Below are positions 63,702 to 64,000 of a DNA stretch of 64,000 nucleotides, piece after piece (position 1 is the stretch's first letter; every line of letters begins with the position of its first letter). The position numbers and the translations under genes were made by a program. The notes under the pieces were generated by a model. It was not told the DNA's origin, ran no database searches, and worked only from the letters and a program-made list of their open reading frames with translations. Origin of the DNA: an uncultured Verrucomicrobiae bacterium (GTDB lineage Bacteria > Verrucomicrobiota > Verrucomicrobiia > Limisphaerales > Palsa-1400); contig CAVPOM010000009.1 in the NCBI GenBank assembly GCA_963707025.1, forward strand, positions 388,347 through 452,346. Reading direction: 5' to 3'.

Positions 63702-64000
63702 AATCCATTGTAACTTTGACACGCGCCACAATAGCTTTGGCATTTTATCCCTGACATCTGATGGCGGATTTTCGCCGCTCCGTCCCACACCGTGGCTCAC
63801 AAGGAGCTCTAGGCCGTGGCGGATGCCGGACTGCCCGCATTCAGGGAGGATGTCTCATCGCAAAGCGCGTCCCGGCCAGCGCCTTCGCCAACCGCCCTCG
63901 CACCATCCTGTTTTCTCATGTGTCCATCGCCGCCGCGTCTTTCCCCACTCGCGTCAATACCCGCTATCAAACGGATAACAGAAGCGGAAAGCGTCACGGA

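Larger units (their letters stand above)
55865..64000. mobile_element. tRNA-Thr-integrated element carrying a filamentous phage module (extends beyond the window)
   Basis: att fragment, integrase, xis-like gene, then pI, pIII and pVIII co-oriented with xis. Confidence 0.7.

Noticed and set aside
63555..63997. Two short minus-strand ORFs upstream of the coat gene
   Set aside because: No recognisable Rep or ssDNA-binding motifs; one crosses the large hairpin.

Overview
64 kb accessory region (GC-rich). It is most likely from a Verrucomicrobia subdivision-3 (Pedosphaera/Limisphaerales-like) genome; this is inferred from the SWIB protein, PUR-repeat protein, Lys/Ala-rich histone-like protein and characteristic integrative-element genes. 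Left to right: (i) a burst of IS3-family elements (three near-identical full copies with 3-bp target duplications, plus a related element and a fragment of it), each breaking a gene, including dinB; (ii) an ~18 kb two-component cluster of PAS kinases, receivers, HDOD and HD proteins; (iii) ECF sigma + FecR-TPR-beta-barrel outer-membrane protein + CHASE2-Ser/Thr kinase + Ig-domain protein; (iv) decayed integrative-element genes (AAA ATPase, FRG, Abi remnants); (v) a second ECF sigma + Ser/Thr kinase-WD40 + giant beta-strand-repeat surface protein; (vi) two divergent tyrosine integrases flanking a 3' fragment of tRNA-Thr(CGT), an att site; (vii) a filamentous phage (inovirus) morphogenesis module running off the right edge. 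Main finds: a recurrent bipartite ECF-type promoter, TTG(A/C)AAGAT(T/C)-N13-(CGTA|GCTTAC), that appears to wire the two kinase-ECF modules to their targets; an inovirus module joined to an integrase/excisionase cassette at tRNA-Thr; and a conserved structured non-coding tail in the IS3 elements. Several frameshifts fall in short homopolymers and may be sequencing errors. All functional calls come from recognising motifs by eye; no searches were run.
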